64,000 bases of DNA from the human T2T-CHM13v2.0 reference genome, Homo sapiens (GCF_009914755.1 NC_060929.1), one strand, 5' to 3'. Positions 40,700 through 56,498 are shown, counted from the stretch's first letter. Numbers and translations are program-made. The notes: generated by a model not told the origin, from the sequence alone.

Positions 40700-43600
40700 T
40701 ATCAGCAAGATGGCAGAATAGGAAGTCCCATGCTTCACTTCTCCCCCAACATAAAGTTCAACTAGAAACCATCCACAGACAAGAACACCTCTGTGAAAAC
40801 TCCAAAACTTGGGAATGAGCCTGAGACAACTATGTGGACCACAGAGCCAAATAAAAACCATATTAGAAGGGTAAGAGGTATGGTCTCGCTTTGACCACGT
40901 TGCTCCTCCCCCTCCCCCAACTCCACACAGCACCACACAGAGAAGATTCACTTTGATGCGTAATTTCTACAGTGAGAAGAGGGCCAGAGGCAGACATCCA
41001 GCTTCCCTAGCATTCTAAAATGCTTCCCAGGAGGCCTACCACTCTGGCCCTTTCTCACGGGGAACACTGAAAGTATGGGCAAGACTAGACTGTCGTGGGT
41101 CAGGTGGAAACAAAGAAGTGAAGCAGAGGTCACAGTGATGGTAACATGGATTGTTCGGGTAGCTCTGTGTTCCTGCCAGTGATGGTGCCCAGTCAGAAGT
41201 GCCAGCCAATGGCAGAATCCACCCACAAACCTCAGCTAGTTTCTCCCAGAAGTTGTTCAAACTGGCTTGAGTACCTAGATGGCCAGCCTCCGTGACCAGC
41301 CTCAGCCCATGCCAAGGCCTTACTCAGGCATGAAAATTTCCACCACAGTGTGTTTAGGCAAAGCACAAGGGCCACATGTACTTGACATGAGAGGCCAAAC
41401 AGACACTTGACCCAGCTACAAAGCCCACCCAAGGCTCTGCCCAAGCAGGGAGATACCTGCCACCACACATTTTTACAGAGCACAGGGGCTGGACCTGCCC
41501 AACACAGGAGACCACAGAGCAGTTTGAACCAACCCCAGAGCTCACCCCAAAGCTGGAGAGCAAGCCCATATCATGCATGTTTACTGAGCACAGCCTCTAG
41601 TCTAGTTCATCCTGAGCAGCATTCTGCCTTGCCTTTGGGTCCATCCTGCAGTCCTGTCCAACTGCAGAACTCAAATAGCAAAACTGCTTGGCCAGGGAAT
41701 ATATGCTGTGACCTGGCCTCATTAGTGGTAACTGCAGTGCCCAGTCAGCAGTTCCACGTGATCGCAGAGCCTAGCCAGTGGTCTCGCTGGACAGTAGAGC
41801 CCAGCCAGGAGCCCCACTTGACCTCAGATAAAAGGCATCAGCCCACCCAACTAGAGAACTCAACAGCAAGCTCTACCTGCCTGTGGTCACTACCAGCTGG
41901 CCCATCCAGAATCACAGGCTAAACTAAACAGTGAAGGTTAATTCCTGTGAATGAATACCTGTAAAGGCTGGAAGAGGTGGCAGTCTCCTCAAATGTACAG
42001 ATGCCAACACGGGGACATAAGGATTAGAAAGAGGGAAGCATGAACTATAAAGGAATGTAGATTTATGTAATGACTGGCAAAAAAAATCAGGACAATTCTC
42101 TTAAAGAATTTCAATGAACTATAAGAATATACAGATAAAAAATTAAATAAAATTTGGAAAAAATAGATCAATAAACCAAGAAATAGAAACAATTTTTAGA
42201 AACCAAATATAAATCCTAGAGATTAAGAATACAATGACTGAACCAAAAAAAGTCAACAGAAAACTTCAACAGCAGACTCAATCAGGGCAAATAAAGAACT
42301 GATGAGCTCAAAGACAGAAATTTTAAAAATTATCCAGTCAGAAGAGCAAAAAGAAAAAGAATAAAAATGAAGAAAGACTACATGAGTTATAGAATACCAT
42401 CAAGAAAACTAATTTTTGCATAATAGGAGTTGCAGAAGAAGAGAAATAAAAAAGATGAGAAAAAATGTTACGAGAAATAATGGCTAAAAACATCCCAAAT
42501 CTGGGAAGAGATACCAACATTCAGGTACAGGAAGCTCAGGGGTCCCCAATTAAATTTAAACTGAAGAAGAGTTCACCAAGACACATAATAGTCAAACTAC
42601 CAAAAAGCAAAGGAAAATTCAAAGCAAAGAGATTAGAAACATACCACATACAAGGAAATATCAATACAGCCATCAGCAGATCTCTCAGCAGAAATACTGC
42701 TGAGGAGAGAGTGGGATGATACATTCAAAATGAAGAAAAAATAACCAAGAATACTTTACCCAGCAAAGTTGTCCTTTAGAAATGAGGGAGTGGCCTTTCG
42801 TTTCAGTGTAAAGCACTCTCTTTCCTGTAAGTCAGGCATAGTAGTGATAAATTCTCTTAGCTTTTGTTTGTCTGGGAAATATTTTATTTCTCCCTCATTT
42901 CTAAAGGACAACTTTGCTGGGTAAACTAGTCTTGGTTATTTTTCTTCACTTTGAGTGTATCATCACACTCTCTCCTAAGGCACAGTAGTGATGAATTCTC
43001 TTAGCTTTTGTTTGTCTGGGAAATATTTTATTTCTCTCTCATTTCTAAAGGACAACTTTTCTGGGTAAAGTATTCTTGGTTATTTTTTCTTCACTTTGAA
43101 TGTATCATCCCACTCTCTCCTCAGTAGTGTTTGTGCTGAGAGATCTTTCCCAGACAAACAAAAGCTAAGAGAATTCATCACTACTATGCCTGACTTACAG
43201 GAAAGAGAGTGCTTTACACTGAAATGAAAGGCCACTGATGAATACCATAAAACACATGAAAGCACAAAACAATGGTACTGGTAACCGAGTCATATTCAGA
43301 AAACTCTAGGACTAGAAAGGTGGTGTTAAAGCAATTTTATCTCTAGTATGACGGTTAAGAGACAAAACTATTAAAAAATAAATTGTTAAGGAATACAAAT
43401 TACAAGATTACATAAATTCTGATATCAAAAGATAAAATGTGTGTGTGTAGGGGACAAAAATGTACAACTGTTAGATATTTTAGTTAAACCTCATGATAAC
43501 CACAAAGCAAAAACACATAGTAGATGCACAAAACAAAACATAAATAGGATTCAGAGTATACCACTACAAAAGAACTATAAAACTACAAAGGGAGACTAAA

Positions 43601-43755
43601 AAAGAAAGAAAGAAAAAAAGGATCTACAAAACAAAAATTACAAAACGGTAATAGTAAATACTTAACAGTATTTACTTTGAATGAAAATGAATTAAATTCT
43701 CCATTCAAAAAAAGTAATGGCTGAATGAATTTTTTTAAAAAGGCCCAACTATATA
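40700..43755 (+). mobile_element. Old L1 5'UTR and ORF1, with an internal inverted rearrangement at 42678-43234
   Basis: caagatggcagaatagga start; ORF1-like MAKNIPNLGRDTNIQVQEAQ...PRHIIVKL. Confidence 0.75.
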
Positions 43756-43756
43756 C

Positions 43757-44010
43757 TGTGCTATAGTTTAAATGTCCCTGCCAAAATTCATGTTGAAACT
43801 TAATTGCCATTGTAACAGTGTTAAGTGATGGGACTTTTAAGGGGTGATTAAGTCATAAGGACTCTCTGGTCTCATGAATAGATTAATGCAGCTATTTTTA
43901 AAAATTTATAATTGCCTTGTCTTATGGTTCTGAGATTAATGCTATTATCACAGGAGTGGATCAGTAATCACAGCAGTGAGTTCCTGATAAAAAGGATGAG
44001 TTCAAAAGAT
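43757..44010 (+). mobile_element. MaLR LTR fragment (MST-like)
   Basis: tgctatagtttaaatgtccc...aaattcatgttgaaacttaattgccattgtaacagtgttaag. Confidence 0.75.
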
Positions 44011-46007
44011 GGTTTGCTAGAGGACCCTAATGCCTGTACTCCCCACACCAAAAAAAAAAAAAAAAAACAGGACCCAAATGATGAATAAATAACTACACTT
44101 GCACTGTAGTGTATAAGGGAGAATGCTGGCGTACAGCAGGAAAAGACAGGAAACATGATGTAACTAGACCGTTTGGAAGGGCTGCATAGAAGCAAAATGA
44201 GGACACTCAGCCTCTGCTACACTGTCTTCCCAGCCAGGATTAACTCAAAAAAAAAGGCACTTCCCCCAGCAGGAAAAAGGTAACCAGGAGGCCCCCAGGA
44301 ATCCCCACTGATATCACAGATACCTGCAATCTTTGCTGCTAGAGAATCCTGCAGCGCCCACAGGCCCTGAGCCCCGTTGGGGGAGCTGCCTGGCATCCCT
44401 GAACTGCACTACCCCAGAGAAGGAGCCCACATTGTAGCCCACTCCCTAACACATTACCAAAGCTGCAGCTGTATGGCACCATCTTGATACTGGATCCACA
44501 GCCACAGTGCATCCTGCTGCAGGAGCCTGTAACCACTGCACCTTTTCATCTCTGAGGGTATGCAGCCATTACATCATGTTTACACATAGTACTGCACCAT
44601 TCCCCAGCCAAGCTTCTACAGGTTACTACTTCCTGGGAATAAGCTACCAAGGAGGTGCCCCACCTTCTGCATCCTAATGACTGCAGAGCCCCAACTTCAG
44701 CTCTTCAGAACCTAGGCCCAGCACCCCAGCACCAGAATCCACATGACACTCTGCCTGTAAAAGTAGAGACAATCCTGCTCAGCAAAGAAGCTGAGTCTTT
44801 ACCAGCTGTGTACACATTCAGCACACTCAGTAGCCAGGTGAGCTGGTGAATCTGAGCCAGGAGGCCCTCATGTATCCTGGTGCAATCACCAGTCTGGTGC
44901 ACCACTTCTAGGGGGACCTCATCCCCAAACTGGCAAACTAGCTCCTGCATGCCACCTGCATGTTCACCAACTGTGCACATCACTTCCAGGGGGACCCCAC
45001 CCCAAGCCAGCAAATGGCATATGGATCCCCATATGCCACCACCATGCTCACCAGCCAAACATGCCACTTCCACGGGAGCCTGGCCCTGAGCCAGTAAATT
45101 GGCCCCCATGCACTGCAGGCATACTCATCAGGCCAGTGTGCTGCTCCCAGGGAAGCCCTGCTATGAGCCAGCAGACCTGTCAATGCATGCAGCCAGCATG
45201 TTCACCAGCCAGGCACTCCACCCAGGGGAGCCTGGCTATGAGCTGATGGACCTGTCAATGCCTGCAGCCATGTGCTCATCAGTCAAGTGAACCACTCCCA
45301 AGAAAGCCCCACCCCAAGCCAGCAGATCAGCCCCTGTGCACCACTAGCACACTCACCAGCCAGGGTGTTGCATCCCTGGTGGTCCCAATCATAGGCAGGT
45401 TGGCCCCTGCACTTACTGGTGAGGCACACAACTCCCAGGCAATCCCCATTCAGATCTGGCAGACCAGCTGCGTAAACTTCTGCAGCCTAGACCACTACAG
45501 CTGAAAAACTGCACAGAGACTACTGCGCCCATTCAAAACCAAAGCCAATGAACCCTACCCAAATGACACTCTAAGACATATCTGCAGGCAAAACTTTCCC
45601 TGCAAAAGCCACTCCATAATATCAGAGAAGGCAACCATTGCACCAGATCCACAGGTGTTAATGCAGGGACACAGGAAACATGAAAAAGGAAACATGAAGT
45701 CAATGAAAGAGGACAATAATTCTCTAGTAACTGACCCCGAAGAAATGGAAAGTTATGAATTGCCTGAAAAGGAATTCAAAATAATGATCTTAAGAAATGC
45801 AGTGAGAAGCAAGAGAATACAGATAGACAATAAAATGAAAAAATAAGCTATGACCTGAATAGAAAATTCAACAGAGATAGAAATCATAAAGAACCAAATA
45901 GAAATCTTGGAACTGAAGAATTCGATGACAAAAAAAAAAATGTAATTGGGAGCTTCACAACAGGCTATATCAAACAGAAGGAAGAATTTCTAAACTCAAA
46001 GACAGGT

Positions 46008-46111
46008 CTTTTTTTTTTTTTAATCATACTTTAAGTTTTAGGGTACATGTGCACAACGTGCAGGTTTGTTACATATGTATACATGTGCCATGTTGGTGTG
46101 CTGCACCCATT
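46008..46111 (-). mobile_element. ~100-bp L1PA 3'-terminal insertion
   Basis: Poly-T then atactttaagttttagggtacatgtgcacaacgtgcaggtttgttacatatgtatacatgtgccatgttgg. Confidence 0.88.
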
Positions 46112-46679
46112 GAAGTAACCTAGTCAGAGGAATGAAAAAGGAAAAAAAATGAAAAAGAACAAAGAAAGCCTACAGGACTTAAATGACTATTAAGCAAAGA
46201 AACTTTTGCATTATGAGAGTTCTAGAGGAAGAAGAGATGGTGAAAGGCACAGAAAGCTTATTTAACAAAATAATAGATGAAATCTGCCCAAGCCTTGGAA
46301 GAGATATGAACGACCAGACCCATAAATCTTAAAGGACCCTTTATAGATTCAATCCAAATGGATCTTTGAGGTATATTATATTCAAACTGTCAGAAATCAA
46401 CAACAAAGACAGAGTTGTAAAATCAGCAAGAGAAAAGTAACAAATTACATATAAGGCAAGCTACAATAGACTGTCAGCGCATTTCTTAGCAGAAATCTTG
46501 CAGAATAGGAGGGAAAGGGATGATTTATTCCAAGTGCTAAAAGAAAAATGTTAGCCAAGAATAATAGACCCAGCAGAGATATACCTCAGAAATAAAGTAT
46601 TTCCCAGACAAGCAAAAGCAGAGAGAATTCATCACCACAAGACTGGCATTACAAGAAACGTTTAAGAAAGTGCTTCATC

Positions 46680-47088
<409 letters not shown>

Positions 47089-47532
47089 TTACTGAAATGG
47101 AGATCTTTCAGATCTCCAGTATAAAACATCAAAACGATCAGTGATAACTATAAATTGTTAAGGAACACACAGTATAGAAAGATCTAAATTGAAGCCACAA
47201 GATTATCAATTGTGAGAGAGGAAAAGTCTAGAGTATTTGTGACAAAAGTTAAGTTGGTATCAGTTTAAAAGTCTATTAAAACTGGAAGATTTTTATGTAA
47301 GTCCCAGAGTAACCACAAAGAAAAAATTACAGCAGATACACAAATGAAAAGTAAAAGGAATCAAAGCTTATCACTACAGAAAACCAACAAATCGCAAATG
47401 GAACTAATAAAAAGAAACAAAGGATCTATAAAACAATCAGAAATTAACAAAATGGCTGGGGCAAGTTCTTACCTATCAATAATAACCTTGAATATAAATG
47501 GATTAAATGCTTCAATTAAAAGGTATAGAGTG

Positions 47533-47986
<454 letters not shown>

Positions 47987-48155
47987 CTAAGTTCACGTAA
48001 GATAAAAAGAGACAAAGTCATTATATAATAATAGAGGTCAATTCAACAAGTATAACAATAGTAAATACATGTACACCCAACAGTGAAGCAAATAAGCAAT
48101 CATTATTAAATTTAAAAAGAGATGGCAATAATACAGTACTACGATACAATAATAG

Positions 48156-48761
48156 TGAAACGGGGAAAACGCCCCTTGTCCCCAAAGCAGGGCTTGTGGC
48201 TCACTCCTTCAGTGCCCTGCTGCTCATACCTCTAAGGGAGCATATGAGACGGGCAGGCTGTGGGGCTCCGAACCCAGGCAGTGTCTAGAGGTGAACGCTT
48301 ACAGCTCCGGAAGCCCCAGTGGACGTGTGTTAGAGGGTGTTCTTTTAGTTTTGCAGTCTATATAGGCGGCTTGTGTTAACCAGCTCAACTTGGAGTGGGA
48401 AGGTTTTCCCCTGGAGTCAGGCCACTCAGCGTCCTGGGCTCATTTCCAACTGCCCCAGCAAAACTCTGCATCACTGTGCTTCTGCTGGTCACTGGCCTTC
48501 CGCGCCAGTTTCTCCAGACGTCCACCCCACCTGTGTGTCTGCCTGCTGGGGTCTGGGAGGTTTATAGGCACAGGTTGGGGGCGTGGCAGGCCAGGGTGGT
48601 CTTGGGAAACGCAACATGTGGGCAGGAAACGCCTGTCCACACCTAGATCCTTAGGGGTGGAGCCCTAGTCACGCCCTCCTCTACCCAGCGCTTCCCTTCC
48701 CCCTTCCGTATCATTTAAAGGGACCATGCTCTTCCCTTCCCAGCACTTCCCTTCAGTCTCA
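48156..48761. mobile_element. ERV1 solo LTR (MER61-like)
   Basis: TG...CA termini with 4-bp TSD atag (48152-48155, 48762-48765), interrupting L1 ORF2. Family from recall. Confidence 0.75.
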
Positions 48762-48896
48762 ATAGCGGGAGACTTCAGCATCACGCTCTTAGCAATGGCC
48801 AGATCATCAGACAGGATACAAACAAAGAAACATCAGATTTAAACCACACACTAGACTAAATGAACCTATCAGACATTTACAGAACGTGCCGCTCAA

Positions 48897-49197
48897 GGCC
48901 GGGCGCGGTGGTGCATGCCTATAATCCCAGCACTTTGGGAGGCTGAGGCAGGCGGATCATTAGAGCCCAGGAGTTAGAGACAAACCTGGCCAACATGGCG
49001 AAACCCCGTCTCTACTAAAAATACAAAAATCAGTTGGGCATGGTGGCGCACTGCTGTCATCCCAGTTACTTGAGTGGCTGAGGCACGAGAATCGCCTGAA
49101 CTTGAAAGATGGAGGTTGCAGCGAGCCAAGATCGCACCACTGCACTCCACCATGGACGACAAAGCAAGATTCTGTCTCAAACAAACAGACAAAAAAA
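48897..49197 (+). mobile_element. AluS (diverged)
   Basis: Alu dimer. Confidence 0.88.
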
Positions 49198-49509
49198 TGA
49201 CACTCAAAAGCTGCAGAATACACATCTGTCTCAATAGCACATGGAACATTCTCCTGAACAGATCATATGTTAGGCCACAAAACAAAGCTTTAACAAATTT
49301 AAGATCTAAATCATTTCAAGTATATTTTCTAACCACAATGGTATAAAACTAGAAGTCAACATCAGGAGGAAATTTGTAAACTTTGTAAATACATAGAAAT
49401 TAAATAGCATGCTCCTCAACAACCAATGGATCAATTAAAAAATTAAAAAAAAATTTAAACAGGTAAAATTGAAAACACAACATACGAAAACCTTTGAGAT
49501 GCAGTTCTA

Positions 49510-50020
<511 letters not shown>

Positions 50021-52687
50021 TCAATGAAACAAAGGCTTAGTTTTTTGAAAACATAAACAAAATCAACATACCTTTGGCAAGACAAATACAAAAAAAAGAG
50101 AGAAGACTAAAATAAATAAAATCAGGGATGAAAAGGGAGACATTACAATTGATACCACAGAAATACAAAGAATCATGACAGAGTGTTATAAAAAATTGTA
50201 TGCTAAAAATTGAATAACCTAGAAGAAATGGATAAATTCCTGAACACACAACCAAGACAGAATAATGAAAAAATAGAAAATCTGAGTAGACCAATAATGA
50301 GTGAGGAAATTGAATCAGTAATAAAAAAAAATCTTGCATCCAAAAACAAACAAACAAAAAAGCCCAAGACTAATGGTTTCATGGGTGAAATGTCTTTTTT
50401 TCACAGAAATAGAAAAAATATCCTAAAATGTATATGGAACCACAAAAGACAAAACCCAAGGCAATCTTGAGCAAATAGAACCAAGGTGAAGGCATCCCAA
50501 TAATTGATTTCAAACTGTATTACAAAATGATGGTAATTCATCATGGTCCTGGCATAAAAATAGACATGTAGACCAATGGAACAGAATAGAGAGCCCAGAA
50601 ACAAACCCATGATGTTATGGTCAATTTATTTTGGACAAAGGTGCCAAGAACACATATCAAAAAAACAACCAGTCCCTTTAATAAAGGCTATTAGGAAATC
50701 TGAATACCCACATGCAAAATAATAATAATAATAATAATTAGACCCCTGTCTCACATCATATATCAAAATTAACTCCAAATGGGTTAAAGTTTAATTATAA
50801 GATCTGAAACTATAAAACTACTAGAAGAAAACATAGAGGAAAACTCCACAACATTGGTCTGGGAAATGATACTTTGGGTATGACCTCAAAAGCATAGGAT
50901 AACCCAATTTAAAAGTGGGGAAAGGACTTGAATAAATGTTTCTCAAAAGAAGACATACAAATGGCCAAGTACATGAAAAAATGCTAATCCTCGTTAATCA
51001 TCAAATAAATGCAAATTAAGACAACAATGAGATATCACTTTCTAGCTGTTTGAATGGTTATTTTCAAAGAAATGAAAGATAAGAAGTGTTGGAGAGGATA
51101 TAAAGTAAATGGAATTTTTCTACACTGTTGGTGGGGATATAAATTACTATAGCTATTATTAAAAACAGTATAGAAATTCCTCAAAAAACTAAAAATACAA
51201 TTACCGTATGATCCAGCAACCAAGGAAATCAGTGTGTCGAGGAGATAGCTGTAATTGTGTTTATTGCAGCATTATCCACAATAACCAAAATATGGAATCA
51301 ACCCAAGTGTCCATCAACAGATAAATTGATGAAGAAAACATGGTGTATATATATATTATATATATATAATGGAATATTATTCAGCCATAAAAAGAAGGAA
51401 ATTCTATCATTTGAAACAACTGGATGAACCTGGAGGGAAATTGTGCTACATGAAATAAGCCAGGCACAAGAAGGACAAACATTGCATGGCCTCATTCACA
51501 TGTGGCATCTAAAACAGTTTAACTCATAGAAGCAGAGAGTAGAAAGCAGTGGTTACTAGGGACTGGGTGGGGGATGATAGGGGAGATGTGGGGTCTCAGA
51601 ATACAAAATTTCAGTTAGATAGGAATATGTTCAAGGAGTCTATTGTACATAATGGTATTTGCAGTTAATAACAATATATTGTATATTTGAAAATTGCTAG
51701 GAGTTTTTAAGTGTTCTCATCATAAATATTTGAGATGACAGATATATTAATTAGCTTGATTTAATCATCCTATATTGTCTATGTGTATTCCTATGCAATA
51801 TATATGCAATGATTCTAGGTATGTGATATATATAACAACCTCACTTTGTACTCCATAAATATATAAAATTATAATGCTACTCTACAATAAAAATAAACTG
51901 AAAAAAGTAAAACATGATAACATAGAGTGTGGAATAATGGACATTGGAGACTCAGAAGGGTGGGCAGATAGGAGAGGGACGATGGATGAGAAATTCCTTC
52001 ATGGATACCGTGTACACTATTTGGGTGATGGCTACACTAAAAGCCTACACTTCACCACTGTGCAATATATCCATGTATGAAAACTGCACTTCACCCCAAG
52101 TTTATATAAATAAATTTTTTTAATTGAAATAATTTTTTCAAAAGGAGTTAGGCCCACTTATTGTGCCTGGGGAAGGACAGATGGCCCTGAGGAGCCTCAA
52201 GGAGAGGAAGCAGAGTGGGTTGTAGAGGCTGGGCTGAGTCCAGGGACCAGAGGGAGCAGAGAGTCTAGGAGCATGCGGTGAGTGGCAGAGGTGATGGCCG
52301 GTTCCCTGTGTGTCCTGCAGGGAGTGGTAAATATGAGTCCAAGAACTGGCAGGTGATAGTCACGAAGGACATGAGTGTAGGCTGGGGCAGGCAGGGGCAT
52401 TGTGTAGGAACAAAATGGTCAGCTCAGGGAATGTTGCTGAAGGAGGCATCAGAAACTTAGCTCCTGGGAGGAAAGGAAGAAAAAAAAGGTCAGGGAGGGT
52501 CCTGACCAGGGAACGGGCTGGCTACACACATACAGACACAAACACACATACAGAGGTATTTGTGTGTTTGTGAGGAGAGATAGAGAGAGAGAGAGAGAGA
52601 GGAGAGAGAAAGAGAGGAGGGAGAGAGGAGGGAGAGAGAGAGAGATTGATTTTGTGGGCTCTTCTGCGGTTTAAGCTCTCTTAATAC

Positions 52688-53805
52688 TGAGAGGTGACAA
52701 CGTGCTAGCAGCCCTGGTTCGCTCTGGGCGCCTCCTCCGCCTCGGAGTCGGCTCTGGCCGCGCTGGAGGAGCCCTTCAGCCCGCGCTGCGCTGTGGGAGC
52801 CTGTCTCTGGGGCTGGCCGAGGCCGGAGCCGGTTCCCTCTGCTCCGGGGAGTTGTGGAGGGAGAGGCCCTGGCGGGAGCCGGGGCTGCGTGCGGCGCTCG
52901 CTGGCCGGCGGGGGTTCCGGGTGGGAGCGGGCTCTGCGGGTCCCCACACCGGCCGGCGCCTACTGGACTTGATTGGGGAACTAGCTCCCTCTGGGCTGCT
53001 GGAGTGCCCGGGCTGGGTGCCGCAAAGTCTGCGCGGAGTGCCATTGAGAGGTGAAGCCAGCTGGGCTTCCGGGTCCGGTGGGACTTGGAGAACTTTTATG
53101 TCTAGCTAAAGGATTGTAAACACACCAATCAGCACTCTGTGTCTAGCTAAAGGATTGTAAACACACCAATCAGCACTCTGTGTCTAGCTAAAGGATTGTA
53201 AACACACCAATCAGCACTCTGTGTCTAGCTAAAGGATTGTAAACACACCAATCAGCACTCTGTGTCTAGCTCAAGGTTCGTAGATGCACCAGTCAGCACC
53301 CTGTCAAAATGGGCCAATCAGCTCTCTGTAAAATGGACCAATCAGCAGGATGTGGGAGGGGTCAGATAAGGGAGTAAAAGCAGGCTGCCCCAGCAAGCAG
53401 TGGTAACTCGGTCGGTTCTCTTGGACGCTGTGGGAAGTTTGTTGTTTTGCCGTTTGCAGTGAATCTTGCTGCTCACTCTTTGGGTGCATGGTGCCTTTAT
53501 GAGCTGTTACACTCACAGGAAGGTTTGCAGCTTCGTTCCTAAAACTAGCCAGATGGCGAACCCACTGGGAGGGACAAACAAATCCAGATGGGAGGAACAA
53601 ATAACTCCAGACGCGCCGTGTTTGTGAAGTGTAACACTTTGAAGGTCTACAGCTTCACTTCCTAAGGCTAACAAGACTACGAATCCACCGGAAGGAACGA
53701 ACAACTCCAGACACAGCATCTTTAAGAACTGTAACACTCAGCGCGAGGGTCTGCAGCTTCATTCTTGAAGTCAGCGAGACCAGGAACCCACGAATTCTGG
53801 ACACC
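52688..53805 (+). mobile_element. LTR12-family (ERV9) solo LTR
   Basis: tgagaggtgacaacgtgct start; CpG-rich U3; CCAAT tandem repeats; gataagggagtaaaagcaggctgccc; U5 ctgtaacactca repeats; ends gaattctggacac. Confidence 0.93.
53099..53303 (+). repeat. 4 identical plus 1 degenerate 41-bp repeats in LTR12 U3 (tgtctagctaaaggattgtaaacacaccaatcagcactctg)
   Basis: Units start at 53099, 53140, 53181, 53222 and 53263. Confidence 0.95.
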
Positions 53806-54392
53806 GTACAGCCAACAAAAACCTAGCTGAGTTACTCACCTAAAACCTGACTTGACATCCTAGATTGGCTAGGACTAAAAAGTCTCATTGAATTACTGGA
53901 AACTTATTCCTATGAAAGTAATGCATGCTCACGTTTAAAGAGTAAAATTTGACAAAAAGCACTGTAGTAAAAAGCAACAATCTCCTAACCATGTTCCGTT
54001 CTGCATCTTTTCCCTATCTTTCCAGGTCTTGTTTTACCAGAGAAATAATTGCATGGCTTCTGTCTTGTGTTTGTCAGGTACTTCGTTATCTTTAAGTTAT
54101 CTGTTTATATCACCACTTTCTGTTCACTCGTTTTGGTGGTTTTGTTCACCACCGGTTCACGTGTTATATGTCTCATCACTTTATTTTGTTACAGGCTCAT
54201 TTTGCTTGAAATGTTTCAAGTATTTTATTTCCACAATTGTTAATGAGTAGTATAATTTTTTCCCTTCTGAAGTTTTGTAAAAGTTCCTTAGTTGAAAGGT
54301 ATTTGTTCAAAAATGTAGCTGTAACCCTGGAGGAAGTGTAAATAGTAAGGACCCAGTAAGTCAGTGTTGATGACTCGCAGCCCTGACTCTCA

Positions 54393-54882
<490 letters not shown>

Positions 54883-55477
54883 CTAACATTTTAGAAAGTA
54901 ATAAAATAATAACAGTACTCTTTTAAATACTTTAAAAAGTACTCTTTTAAACATTTCTTGCATTAAAGGACCTCTAGTATTTAGAAGGAAGGCACTGTTT
55001 GAAGCCCAGTTGACAATATTTTCCATATGATCTTATTTGATCCTGGCTCTGCTGGGGGTGTATTGGGACGCAGGGAGCACACAGTCCTGGTGAGGCCAGG
55101 CCGATGGGTCCTGACAGGCACTGCTCATTAAGACCAGGGTCAGAGGACTTGTAAGAAAAGCTGTTTCTAGGCTGACAACTTGTCAAAGTACAATTTTCAA
55201 AAAACTTTTAAAACATGACTCATTCAATTATAAAATGATCATGTGTAATAGATTTTATTCAGTCCCTTAATTTGAGGTAACCAATGACGTGGTAAAGACT
55301 AGTTCAGGAAGCACTTCAGGAATTATTTTTTAAAAAAAGGAATTAGATATTTAGAGGCAGTTTAATACAGAAACGTTGTGGTAAGACTGCTGCCTTATCT
55401 ACAGAACTGGATAATCTCTTAGAAGGCGATACACCATAACCTTTTGGGTTGTATTTTTCTACTGGATAGAAATTATC

Positions 55478-55801
<324 letters not shown>

Positions 55802-56119
55802 TTAATTATGCAAATTCACTAAATCTGGGGTTTTTAAGTAATGGCAAACAGTAATCAAAGTACACTTCCATAAGTAATCTGTGGCTGGGCCAGTGCCCAC
55901 ATGACACTGAAAGGACATGTTACCTACCTTTTTGCCTTATTTGGAAATTTAACATAATTTTTTTCTTCAAAAGTTCTCCTCCTGTTAAAGCAAACAGTAT
56001 TATTTGTTCCCTAAAGGTGCCTGGAGAGAGTGTGGATGAAACAGGAGAACCCACCGTCTGCCGGGGACAGCAGGTTTGAATAACCAAGAGCACCCTCTTT
56101 AAGAAACGACCTGGTTATT

Positions 56120-56270
56120 TGTTTTTAATTTGTAATGGAGACAAGGTTTCACTGTGTTGCCCAGGCTGGTCTAGAACTTCTGGGCTCTCGAACTCCTGGA
56201 CACAAACAAGACCCTTGTTTCAGCTTCTCAAAGTGCTGTGATTACAGGCGTGAGCCACCACGCTCAGCTC
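56120..56270 (-). mobile_element. Alu left-arm/FLAM fragment
   Basis: gagacaaggtttcactgtgttgcccaggctggtc...gattacaggcgtgagccacc. Confidence 0.8.
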
Positions 56271-56392
56271 CCCCTAGTTTATTATTATTATTATTACCAC
56301 CTGTTTATGCAACTCAAACCCTGTCAAACTGCGTTTTGGCTGGCTCTCTGAAAAGGTGTAATATAAGGGCACCAACCCACTTCCCTCCTACA

Positions 56393-56498
56393 AATGGTCG
56401 GGACTCAGATGAGCACTGTTTTCACAGGGTCTCCTCCATAACCAATGGTCGGGACTCAGATGAGCGCTGTTCTCACGGGGTCTCCTCCATAACCAATG
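56393..56498 (+). repeat. 51-bp tandem duplication
   Basis: aatggtcgggactcagatgagc.ctgtt.tcac.gggtctcctccataacc x2 (56393-56443 and 56444-56494). Confidence 0.92.

Noticed and set aside
52490-53109. 184-aa and 135-aa ORFs and a CpG island as a gene start
   Set aside because: Explained by LTR12 U3 and adjacent GA/CA microsatellites.
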